From the NCBI RefSeq assembly GCF_009914755.1, contig NC_060931.1: a stretch of 64,000 nucleotides of DNA; one strand, written 5' to 3'. Under the pieces are notes generated by a model that did not search any database, was not told where the DNA came from, and was given only the letters and a program-made list of their open reading frames with translations. The DNA comes from the human T2T-CHM13v2.0 reference genome, Homo sapiens. Below, piece after piece: positions 31,109 to 43,619 of this stretch; positions within the stretch are counted from its first letter, which is position 1; each line of letters begins with the position of its first letter. The translations under genes and the position numbers were made by a program.

Positions 31109-32472
31109 AGTAGTTTATGCTTTTTAAGAAAATAGCCCATTTCATCTAAGTCATCAAATATATCTGTGTAGCACGGTTCACAGTATTCCCTTATTATCCT
31201 TTTGATATCTGCATGGTCTGTGGTGATATCCCCTGTTTTATTCCTGATATTCATAATTTGTGTCTTGTGTTCAATCTATTGTTGAGAAAGATCTGTTGAT
31301 GTCTCCAATTATAATTGTAGATTTTTCTATTTCTCATTTTAGGTCTAACAGATTCTACTTTACATATTTTCCAACTGTATTGTTTGGTGCATAAATATAT
31401 AGGATTGCTATGTCTTCCTTGTAGGCTGACCCTTTTATTATTATATAATGTTTCTCTCTGCCTCTGCATTTTCTTCATTCTGAAGCCTACATTATCTGAT
31501 GTTAATATAGCCACTACAGGTTTCCTTCAATTAATGTTTGCATGAGCTGTCAACCTGTCTATACAGTCATATTTGAAGTGAGTTTTTAATAGCACATAGT
31601 TGGGTCATGTTTTTTAACCCACTCTGCCAATCTCTGTCTTTTAATTACTATATTTAGACCATTTACATTTAATGTAATTATTGATATGTCAGGGCTTACA
31701 TCTTCTTTTATTTTTTATTTCCTGTTTGTCCTCTTTATTTTTCATTTATCTAGTTTATTTTTCCTGCCTTCCTGTGGCTTACTTGAACCTTTTTTAGAAT
31801 TCCACTTTACCTATTGTGTATCTCTTTGCATCATTTTCTCAATAGTTGTACTAGATATTACACTATATATACATAAATAACTTACCAAAGTCTTCTGATG
31901 TTATCATTTTGGAAGTGTAAGTAAAATGTGGAAACCTTACCTCCCTTTACATCCCTTTACTTTCTCCTCTTTGATATAATTGTACTAAATATTTCCTATA
32001 CATACATTTAGAACATTATCAAATAGTGCTAACATTTTTGCTTCAACCATCAAACATAACTTAGAAAACTCAAGAGGAGAAGGAAACATTATTGGATTTA
32101 GCCACATTGTTGCTTACTGTGTTCTTTCTTCCTTTCTGATGTCCCAAGGTTCCTTCTCTTATTGTTTTCTTTTTGTTTAGAGAACTTTCTTTAGATATTC
32201 TTTTAGAGTAGGCCTGCTGGCAACAAATTCTTAGTTTTCCTTCATTTTATAATGTCTTTATTTCCCCTCCATTTCTGAGGAATATTTTTGCTGATTAGAG
32301 GGGATTCTAGGTTGACAGTTCTACCCTTTTAGCACTTGAAAAATATTGTGCTTCCATGGCTTCTGATCAAAAATCTGTTCTCATTCAAATTGTGTTTTCC
32401 CTATGAGTAAGATGTCTCTTTTATCTGGCTGCTTTCAAGATTTCTCTTGAGATTTTAGAAGTTTAATTATGA

Positions 32473-32620
<148 letters not shown>

Positions 32621-34074
32621 ATGAATTTTGGCATGGGTTTCTTCAGGTTTATCCTGTTTGAACTGACTTTCTATGGCACAGATTAAGCAAAGGAATATGG
32701 TGCACTACCTTATTATGCCAGATAGAGGTAGAAGTTCAAGTTCCCTACTGGGCTTCCATTGCTCCATTGACACCTGAGGAAGGATGTAGCTTTGTTATCG
32801 CTGGGAAGGGGTGAGAGTTTCAGCTCCCCACATGGTCTCTACTGACACTGTGTATGGAATGACCTCATTATCATTGTACAATGCTATAGTCCTGATTCTC
32901 CTCTAGGCCTCCCCTGACACTCAGCTCAGCAGGGAGGAAGAGGGATGCTTGGTTACTGTCAGTTAGAAGTGGCAGCCTAGGTTCCCCACATATTCTCCAC
33001 TGACATCATGATGGGAGGAAGGCTGATTTAGATGAAAGGGCCAGCTCTCTGTTTAACTTTTTCTGATGCCATGCCAGCAAGGGTGTTGAGATACCTTGTT
33101 ACAGCCTTGTGAGGGTGGACATCCAGGTTTCCCAGCAAGCCTTTTTTGGAATGGGTGAGGATGGGGCCACAGCTTTTTCTGTGATGTTTGGAGGGAGTAG
33201 AGTGTTTATTATCTAAAAGTTTTCTGTCTTGCTAGGCTTCCCCTTTCCTGGTCCTTAGGTAGAGAGTAGAGTTATGTTAGGGCTCTTTTTTTGGGTACCT
33301 GTTGTCATTTCCAGGTTTTTATCTTTTTCAGCTCGAAGTCTATGGTATATGATAAAAAAAGAAAACTCAGGGAACTCATCACCATGTTGTTTCTTGGGTC
33401 CCAAGTCGTCTAGTCACTCTGTCTTCTTTTTTTGCCTTCAGAGTATTCTTTTGTTTATTTTGTATATAATATCCAGGGGTTTTAGTTGTAATTCATGGGA
33501 AAAATAGGAAAATGTATGTCTATTTTATCTTCCTAGAATGTGTGTGAAGGCTTTTAAGAGGGAGAATGACATGGTCAGATTTATCTTTTAAAAGATTGCT
33601 CTGGCAGGGAGGAGAATTGATTTCACAGAGGAAGACGGAGACTCAGTGGAATCCATTACATAAGGAATGTAAGGATTTAAAACAAAGTTGTAGCTGTGAG
33701 AATAAAGTAGAATGATCTGAATAAGACAATTCAGTAGTCAGGATCAGTGGAATTTGGTGACTGATGAGGGAGAATAGAGATGCATATATGATTTGTAGGT
33801 TTTCAGTTAATATTGCCTAATAAATAGGATGGCACCAATTCAGTTAGAAAACACAGGAGTAGGAACTTCTATAGGGATGAGGAGAAATTATGAGTCCAGT
33901 TTGGAAACTAACACTTTAGGGGTTTCTATTTTCTTCAACTTTTGGTTAATAAATAAGTTTGGCAGTTTTTTTGTGATGACAATTTTCCATCTTAAGTATG
34001 CTTCCTTCAACTAGAAATTCAGAGAATGGGATGCTACCCCTTTTCTTAAAATCTAGCTCTCCAAATAAGATATA

Positions 34075-34882
34075 CGAGTGGGCAATAAGCATATTAAAAT
34101 ATGCTAAACATTATTAGTCATTAGAGAAATACAAATCAAAGCCACAATATATCAATATTTCACACACATTAGGGTTAAATTTATTTAAATAACCATACCA
34201 TGTGTAGAGGAGGATTTAGAGAAATTGGAACCCTCATACATTGTGAACAGAAATATAAAAGAGTAAAACCACTTTGGATAACAGTCTGGAAGTTCCTCAA
34301 AATGTTGAACTTAGAGTTACCATATAAACCAGCAATTCCATTCAGAGGTATATAAGCAAGCTAAATAAAAACACATATACACTTTTTAAAATAATATACA
34401 AATATCCATAGCAACATTATTCACAAGAGCCAAAAATTAGAGACAACCCAAATGTCCATTGACTGAGGAAAGGAAAAATAAAACGTATATCCATACTAGG
34501 GAATATTGTCCTGCAATATAAAGGAATGATTTGCTTACACATGTTACAACATGGATGAACCTTGAAGACATTATGCTAAATCAAAAACATAGCCAGTCAC
34601 AATAGACCACATATTGTATGACTTCATTTATATAAAATGGCCAGAATAGGCAAATCTATAAGAAAAGAAATATTTAAATAGCCTTCTAGGACTGTGGGTA
34701 TGGATCTCAGATGAAAAGTAACTGTTGGGCACAGGACTTCTTTTTGGGGTGACAAAAATTATCTGAAATTAGATTATGTTGATGATGGTGGCACAACTCC
34801 ATAAATATATGAAAAATCATTGAATTATGCCCTTTAAATGGGTAAGCTTTATAATATGTGAATTATATTTCAATAAAGCCAT
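34075..34882 (+). mobile_element. L1MB/L1ME 3' fragment
   Basis: agtcattagagaaatacaaatcaaagccacaat; acaacatggatgaaccttgaagacattatgcta; gtgaattatatttcaataaagc. Confidence 0.8.
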
Positions 34883-35259
34883 TTTTATTTTTTAAAACTA
34901 AATAGCAGCAATCATCTTAATATTCATTTTAATTTTTAATTGTGAATTACATAAATAATGGTTAGTCCTTGTATCCTATATTCATTCTTCTTTCTGGATT
35001 CAACAGTCTTCCTGAGGTATATCCTTTAGCAGTTATCACAGGAAGGACGTATATGATAAATTCTCTCAGAATGAGTTTGCCTGAAAGATGTCTTTATTTT
35101 GCCCTCACTCTTAAATGATATTTCTCTCAATTTAAAATTTCAGGTCAACAGTATTCTTCCCTCATCTCTATACAAATATTATTCAATTTGACTTCTGGCT
35201 TCTAAATAAACTATTGGGAAGTCTACAGTCAGTCTAATAATTAATCTATGATAGATACA

Positions 35260-35730
35260 TCAGTTATGATTAGTTATGTCTGAATAACAGAAACTCAAAA
35301 TTCCGGTAGATTAAATGAAATAAAAGCTTATATCTCTGTTACATAAAAATCAGAGATAGAAGTTTATATCTCTGTTGAGTGAGATGTAAGCCTTTCAGAA
35401 CTGATATAGCAGCTCTGTTTCACAAAATCTTTAGATTACCATTCTACCAACCCTTGGGTTTGAGCATTATCACTGTGGTCCAAGATGGCAGCTAGAGTGC
35501 TAAGCATTACATTTGTGTCCTAGGCAGCAGGATGAAAAAGCGATAAAGAAAAAAGGGGATGAAGACTACACAAAAGCCTCAAGAAAGTTTCCAGAAACTT
35601 TTCTTTGACAGCTCTGCTTACATTCTATTGACCAGAACTTAGTTACATGGTCACACCTAGCTTTAACTGTTTTTGGATATGGGGACATAGGCCCAGCTAA
35701 AAACTGAAGTTCTTTTAACATAGAAAAAAA
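35260..35730 (-). mobile_element. MLT1 (J/K-like) MaLR LTR
   Basis: ccaagatggcagct...gcttacattctattgaccagaacttagttacatggtcacacctagc. Confidence 0.65.
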
Positions 35731-35737
35731 GAAACTC

Positions 35738-36053
<316 letters not shown>

Positions 36054-36662
36054 CTAAACTCGTAGTCTCAGACACAGTAGGTAACCTGTCTTTTCTCTTC
36101 AATTATCTTTGGTGTTTGCCCATCGTCTATACTGTTCTGCAGTTTCATTATAATGTATCTGCCAATAGATTTTTTATTTTCCTGATTGAAACTGGGTACA
36201 ATTCATTAGTCTGAGGATTCATATCACTAGTCAATTCTGAAAAATTCTCAGCCACTAGATCTTTAGTTACTATTTTGTCCATATTCTCTCTGGTCTTTCA
36301 TTCTGAACTCCTACTAAATGTGTGCTGGCCTTTCTCATTCTGTCTTCCGCAGTGTTTGACCATTCTTTTACATCCACCATTTCTCTATGCTACATTTTGG
36401 ATAGTCTCCTCAGATATATATTTCTTCTGGTTCATTATCTCTCCTTTTAGTCCTATTCAACACAGTTGGTAAACTGTGTTTGGGTTTTGTTTTGTTGGGG
36501 TTTTATGCTATATTTTACATTTCTTGAAGTTCTACGGATTATCTTTAAAATTTTCCATTTTTTCCAAGGTCTTGTTCCTTTCTTAGAGTTTCAACTCATT
36601 TTATATCTTCTGTCATTTTTAAATAGACCTAGTCTTTTTTTTTCCAGTTTGTCATTATACCA

Positions 36663-37032
36663 CAGGTTGAACATCCCTAATCCAAAAAATTGAAACCTAA
36701 AATGCTCCAAAATTCAAGGCTTTTTGAGCACCAGCATGACATCACAAGTGGGAATTTCACATCTGACCTCACATGACAGGTTGCAGTTCAATGATGATTT
36801 AATGTACACAAACTTTGTTTCACGGATGAAATTATTTAAAATACTGTGTAATGTTACCTTCAGGCTATGTGTTTAAGATATATATGAAACGCAAATGAAT
36901 TTTGTGTTTAGGCCTAGGTCCCATCCCCAAGATATCCCATTACGCATACACAAATATTCCAAAGTCAGAAACAAACTCAAAATCCAAAACATTTCTGGTC
37001 CCAGGCATTTTGGGTAAAGGACACTCGACCTG
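36663..37032. mobile_element. Tigger4/MER46-like element
   Basis: TIRs caggttgaacatccct ... agggacactcgacctg. Confidence 0.8.
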
Positions 37033-37424
37033 CATCTCAAGTTCTTAGGCTCTAATTATCTGTGTTTGCTGACTCTTGCTCATCATGGAGGACTGCTGCC
37101 TCTTATAGGTTTTTTGTTTTATTTTGTTTTTAATTTTGACTGTGAGCTCATACTTAGTTGGTCTTGTTTTCTCCATGAGAATATCTTATGACTTGGGTTG
37201 TATTTCAAAAGATTTTTCATTTGATTCTGCCATTAGTAGCCCAGAACTAATGTTTGTTAATTTCTTAGGCTCAAAGTGTTCCTGGACCTTTCAGGTAGTT
37301 TCAATTGCCCAGGGAAGACTTTTCCTCAAGAGCCAGAAAAGCCAAGCAAGTTACCTTATTACCCCTCTATGCTAATGGGTGCATTTTGTTTTCCTGATCT
37401 CTCTTTTATTAGAAACATAGACCT

Positions 37425-37812
37425 TGTTTCAACTACCTATTGATGCGTAACAGATCACACCAAACTTGTGGCTTCCAACAACAACAACTACCCATTTTGC
37501 TCAAAAACTTGCACTTTGGGAAGCTCTCAGAGATGGGCTTTCCACAGGGCCTCTGTTTCCTCACAGTATTATGGCAGTGCTCTAAGAACAAGTATCCCAA
37601 CAGGCAGCAGGTGGAAGCTGTTTCTTCTGATAATCTAACTTTGCAAGTCACATCATATCATCTCTGCCACATTTACAGGCCACCCAGACTCAAGGGAAGA
37701 AAACAGAGGCCTCATCATCTCAGTGGGAGGCTTGTCAGCATCACATTGCAAGAAGAGCATGTGGGATGGGAGATATAGTTACAAATATTTTTGGAAAACA
37801 CAATCTGCCATA
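37425..37812 (-). mobile_element. MLT1H-like MaLR LTR
   Basis: cacattgcaagaagagcatgtgggatgggagatat...ttggaaaacacaatctgcca. Confidence 0.7.
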
Positions 37813-39734
37813 TGTTTTAAGAGTCCGAGTTAGGCAGAAGTTTCAGATCCAACTTCTCCACCCTGCATAGCCAAAGGTCTTATCTCCTCTCCCCATGTAG
37901 ATGTTAAAACATGTGTTACTAGATTCCATGGACTTAACAGCACCACCCCCATGCAGCATAGCTGCAAAATCTGCACACATGTTAACAGCTTACCGTACTG
38001 ATATTAAATTCTTCCTTCATTGCTGGCACCTGTGGGGTTCCCTTTCTTTATTGCAAGTTTAACTGTGCATTTAAAAGCATTTTTAAAACATTTCACTCAG
38101 CATTTCTATGTGCTTGTAAAAAATGAGAAGGTTTTCAGGTTATCCTCGTCTGTCTCTTGCCGAAACCTAAAACTTCATCTTAACTTTATTCAAAGGAGTA
38201 TATATTGAGAGGATAGAGGAGGAGGTGCTTGGAGTGCAACAGCCAAGTGACGTCTTCCTTGCCCTCCCTGGGGTTACATTACATACAAAAAAAATTCTAT
38301 TCATATTTTTCAATTATCTAAGCGTGTACACATGTAGCAAGGGTAAATATTTGCTATTATCTCAATAGGGGTACAGCATTCCCATTAAGGGAGCAGAAAC
38401 TGGTCTGCATTTAGGCAAATATAAGTTGAAAGGAGTAGGACGTGAGATGCTGAGGACAAGGGTGTGAGCAGATCCATCAAAGCAAGAGAGATAGTCAAGT
38501 GGCTGCTCTGCATGAGAGATCCCAGGAGTGGCTCTGATTCCTAAAAGGGAGGTGGAAATAAAGGGTAAAGAATGGAGGAGGATGAGGATAAAAGGATGTA
38601 CAGTGGTAGGCCAGGAGCAGCATGGGCAAAGCAGTCTTTAAAATTTTTATTGGTGGTAGAATGGCTAAATGGACTGTTGAAAATCAAACTGAATTTAAAT
38701 GGTCTGTCTGCAATTGCAGTGCATATTGTGGCTCTCTCTTGTTCATCCCTTCTTAATCTTCAGTCAAGCTCTGCTTTGACCAATGCCTTTGGTTACTCTC
38801 CAGAAAAAGGAGGAGGAGGAGCTTCGTAGCACATCTGAGACTATGTCAGAGCAATAGGAAGATAGCCAGAAGCAAATAGAGGAAAGCAATCGACAGAGGT
38901 AGGAAATCAGGGTCAGAAGAACACCACCATCCCAGGTACTCACGGAAGCATCAGGGAGTGCTCTGAACTTCCAAATGTCAGCACACAACAGCAGTGTTAA
39001 GCCTCTTCACCTAGATCTCAATGGACTTGGAGCTTCCAGCTGACATCTGGGTTACATGTATCATCCATAAACTCTTAGAAGCTACTTATGGAATCATCAG
39101 CCAGTCCACTGGTGGACCACTGGCTAACATATTAGGGACCTAGGGATATGTCTTTGTATATATTTCAAAGACTCTATCAAGCACATTCAAAAAGAGAAGG
39201 CAGAGTGAGTCTCAGTGTCCTGCCCCTTACCCCCATACACATGCCAGTCCATCACTCTGACCACAACCACCAATGCTTTCCAGGACACAGTGAATATTCC
39301 TCCGCTGGATGGGCTCCTGCAAAGAGCTCATGACCCCATGACAGGGATGTCATACAAGGGATTTGAGCTTTAGACAGAGTGGTGAGCACTGGACTGGATC
39401 ATTTGTAAACTCTACTTTAACTTGAAATCTTTCAAATCCCAATGAATACATCTGTTGACTGAACCAAGCTGATCGGCTTGCCTGATAACAACTGTGTTTG
39501 ATGAAAGGGGTGGAGAAATGGGGTAAGATAAGGTGGTGAAGTCCCCTTGTGGGCAAGCAGAGAAATTTTGGGTCAACACAAGTTGGGGTCTAACTGTGGC
39601 TCTGAAACATGGATGTGTCACAGGTCACTGGGGGAGCTTCGAGAGGATGATTATAAGTGTAGATAAGAAGCTAGTAGCCAGCTGTCTTGTGTTCTTTTGT
39701 GTTGCTTGCGTGGTTGATTGATTGGTTGGTTTTT

Positions 39735-39965
39735 GTGGTATGAAAACTTAACATGAGAGCTATCCTCTTAATGTATTTTAACGTGAACAATACCATATTG
39801 TTAACTACAGGGATTATGTTGTACAGCAGGTCTCCACATCTTATTCATCTTACATAATAGAAACTTTATACCCATGGAGCAACAACTTCCTGTTTGCTCC
39901 TCCCCACACCCAGCTCCTAGCAAACACCATCCAATTCTGCATTTCTATTAGTTTGACTATTTTGC
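39735..39965 (-). mobile_element. L1MB-type 3' end
   Basis: aacttaacatgaga...ttgttaactacagg...atgttgtacagcag...gaaactttatacc. Confidence 0.7.
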
Positions 39966-40541
39966 TTGCCATAGCACCCTACATGTACGTGATCTCATCT
40001 GTCCTGGATCCCTTATATGGTTCTGTCTCAAACGTAGTACATGCCCCCGAGAACACTGAAAGCCCAGCCACCAGCCACACAGTCCCCCACTCATGGCATT
40101 TCTCAGTCGTTCCTCCCACATATTTCTTCTTCTTCTTTTTGTCTTCATCCATCCCCAGTTCAAGCTCCCTTCTTTTGTCACCAACCCTCCTAGCCATAAC
40201 AACTGATCTAGTAAAGTTCCCTGGCTGAACTCTAGCACTGTCTCGGACATGATTTTGAGTTCCCTCTGGGGCTCCATACATGGCATCACCATGTCATAGG
40301 TGCTGCCTCCCTCTATTTCAACCAACCCCAGCGATCACCCCACTGCACATCTCTGCCTTCCATTTCCCATCTCTGCAGAGGGAAGGTGATCATTCACCCA
40401 GCACAAAAATACGAAGGGCCGCCCCTTGCTTCACTCCCCCATCCACCCTAAGTACTCCAGCTCTTTCACAGGAAAATCTATTTCCAAAAATACCTGGATT
40501 CTTAATTAATCTCTATTTTCTTATTGCTTTTGATACCGCTA

Positions 40542-41259
40542 TAGTAGTCCCCCATTATCCGAGGGGGTACGTTCCAACAACTGCCTGAAACCAGGGATGG
40601 TGCCTAACATGATTGCTGTTAATCAGAACACGATTCTGCTCATGTCTACTCTCCGCAAATTTAATAACACTTCCATCTTAACTAAGCACTTATCCTGTCC
40701 TGTGGCCATAACTTTTGCAGCTTTAGTGCAACAACAAAACTAGCACGAATTTCTGTTTCCTTCTTTACAGTTTCACAGATAGAAAATTCGCTCTCCCTGT
40801 GGATCTCAGCAACCTTGGCATACAGTTTTTTTCTTTATTAAGTCAAGAACTTTCACCTTTTCACTTAAAGAAAGCACTTGCTGGCTTCTCTGTGGTGTAT
40901 CCAAATTGCCAGCATCAGTACTCTTGCACTTTTTACTAAGTGCACTTAGAAATTGCACTTAGGCAATTACTAAATAAAATAAGGGTGATTTGAACACAAG
41001 CACTGCAATCTGATAAACGAGAGGGCCCCTAAGTCACTAACGTGTAGGTAGCATCTACACATGGATCCACTGGACAAAGGGAGGATTAACATCGTGGGTG
41101 GGGCAGAGTGAGATTTCATCTCGCTATTCAGAGCAGCACTCAAATCAAAACTTGTGAATTGTTTATTCCTGGAATTTTCCATTTCATATCTTCAGACCGC
41201 TATTAGCCACAAGTAACAAAACTGGGAAAGTGAAACCGCAGATAAGGGAGGACTTTTGT
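40542..41259. mobile_element. MER44/Tigger7-family element
   Basis: TIRs tagtagtcccccattatcc ... gataagggaggacttttgta. Confidence 0.8.
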
Positions 41260-42236
41260 ATTTTCTTGTCCACGATTGCTCATCTTGGGGGAGAAATTAG
41301 TCCTCCCTCAGGAAAGCAACCAGAACTCCAGCATACAGCTGCCCAGCCACGAGAGCTCTGTGGGCACTGTCTCCCTCGCTCGGGCTCCTCCAATGCCCTG
41401 GACTCCTGACAGAAGCTCTGTCCAATGCACTGAATGCAGCGTCTTTTACATCCTCTAGAGGAGAGGGATGCCACCAAAATCTGGGCTTTTTCTGCCACAC
41501 TGTGGCCACGTCTGAACACTACATGTGGCCATGTCTGAACACTACATGTGGCCTTCATTCCCTTACATGTGGTATTTGGAGTTTTTTCCAATGAAGATTA
41601 GAAGTTACCTTTTTTACCTATTATCCCCATTCAGACCCTCAAGCCTCAGCTAATGCTCACTTTCTCCAGGAGGACTCCCTTGAATTCACCTCCACACCAG
41701 GCTGGCTGAAGCGTCCCCGTTCTGACTCTCCCAGCTCCTCCTACCAATTGCTAGCATTTCCTTCCACATGCTGTATTGTAGTAGTCACTTCTGTCTCCCT
41801 AATTAGACTGCAAACCCTTTGAAGACAAACCAACTCATCTGTGTTATCTCCATGGCTCACAGAAGAACAGAAAAGTCTTCAATAAGTATATATGAAATTA
41901 AAGAAAAAAGGGAAGAAGAGAGGGGAGGAAGGCTGAAAACTCAAGGTAATAACAACCAGCCACACTTATTGAGCGCTTGTGGTATACAGTCCCTGTGCTT
42001 CATATAATGAATTCCAGGTTATCAGGGCCAATATCCACCTCTGCTGCCCCAGCTTCATCCAGCAATTAAAGGGTCCATGTCTGTCCTGTCAGGGGTCTCC
42101 TGGACTCTAGTCCTTCACATAGTCCATGACCAGCATCTGTTCTGATGTTCAGTGACCACGTCACATGTTTTCAAGTATTTTAACATTCACCCTTGCATGT
42201 GATCATCCACAACAACTTGGAAATAAGCTCTAGCAT

Positions 42237-42930
42237 TGAGGTGAATCTGGCTGGGCTTCTGGGTTGGGTGAGGACTTGGAGAACCTTTCTATCTAGCTAA
42301 AGGATTGTAAATGCACCAATCAGTGCTCTGTGTCTGGCTAAAGGTTTGTAAATGCACCAATCAGCACTCTGTAAAAACGGACCAATCAGCACTCTGTAAA
42401 ATGGACCAATCAGCACTCTGTAAAACGGACCAATCAGCACTCTGTAAAATGGACCAATCAGCAGGATGTGGGTGGAGCCAAAAAAGAGAATAAAAGCAGG
42501 CCAACCCCCCAGCCAACCCATTTGGGTCTGCTTGTGCCCTGCAGAAGCTTTGTTCCTTCCCCCTTTGCAATGAATTTTCCTGCTGCTGGCTTTTTAGGTC
42601 TGCACTACCTTTATGAGCTGTAACACTCATTCTGCAGTTTCACTCCTGAAGCCAGCGAGACCATGAAGCAACCCCAAGGAAAACAACTCCAGACATGCCA
42701 CCTTTAAGAGCTGTAACAGTCATTGCCAAGGTCTGCAGCTTCACCCCTGGAGTCATTAAGATCGTGAACCCATCAGAATGAAGAAACTCCGGACACATCT
42801 GAAAATCTTAAGGAACAAACTATGGACACACCATCTGTAAGAACTGTAACACTCACCAGGTGGGTCCATGTTTTCATTTTTGAAGTCAGCGAGACCAAGA
42901 ACCCACCAGAAGAAACCGATTCTAGACGCA
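42237..42930 (+). mobile_element. LTR12-family (ERV9) solo LTR with six CCAAT boxes, antisense to PDE1C
   Basis: Tandem accaatcagcactctgtaaaa units; gaataaaagcaggc; gagctgtaacactc; gaagtcagcgagaccaagaacccaccagaa. Confidence 0.93.
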
Positions 42931-43538
42931 GTACTGTTCTAGGATCAAGGTGTGGAAAATGTGTTTTTAGAGGGGTAAGGTTACCTGCTCAACGCGGCAC
43001 AGAATTCATAATTCTGGACACAGAATTCAAACCCCGGCTTGACCTCCAGAGCTTACATGGTGGCTGCTGGGGACTCTCCCACTAGCATGTAGGAGACCTT
43101 TGAGGATATATTCTGGGGGGATTTGGGGATTGTGTATGCTGATAATGGGACGGCTCACTGATTAGGATGCAGAGGAGCAGGGGGAAAGGAGCAGAAAGGG
43201 GCCAGTTTATGCAGTCTTCAATCAGCGTTTTTCTCTAGGTCAGGTGCAGTCAACCAGACACGGCCCATGGGCTCAAGGAGCTGACTGTCTAATAGAGACC
43301 GACAGATGCATAAAACAGACATGTCTAGAGAGGAGGGTTTTTAGGGCCTGGCACTGGAGGGCAGCTTCACCAGCATCCCAGAGAGCAGGACTAGAAAGGG
43401 ACCCCACAGCCAGCTGACTTCATCCCAGAAGTCCCCAATGTCAGGAGCCACAGTGGGTTCCAGGAGCTCCTCACCAAGTTGAGGCCTGGACCTGAGCAGG
43501 GGAGATCAGCTGTTCCCCACACTGCCCTTGTGGCTACG

Positions 43539-43619
43539 ATGCGGTACCCACATGGGGTACTTTCCATGCGGCACCCCTGTGAGGTGCCCACCATGCAGTA
43601 CCCACATGAGGTATTCTTC
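43539..43619. repeat. 3x27-bp tandem repeat, each unit containing an inverted repeat
   Basis: atgcggtacccacatggggtactttcc / atgcggcacccctgtgaggtgcccacc / atgcagtacccacatgaggtattcttc. Confidence 0.85.

Noticed and set aside
38248-38256. TGACGTCT as a cAMP-response element giving feedback on PDE1C
   Set aside because: Imperfect CRE, isolated and far from any evident TSS; expected by chance in 64 kb.
42311-42630. Repetitive peptides (DQSALCK, LQSADWS, IGPFYRVL)
   Set aside because: Translations of the 24-bp CCAAT repeat in LTR12.
43539-43619. CRISPR-like array
   Set aside because: Human DNA, no unique spacers between the units and no cas genes; kept only as a tandem hairpin repeat.
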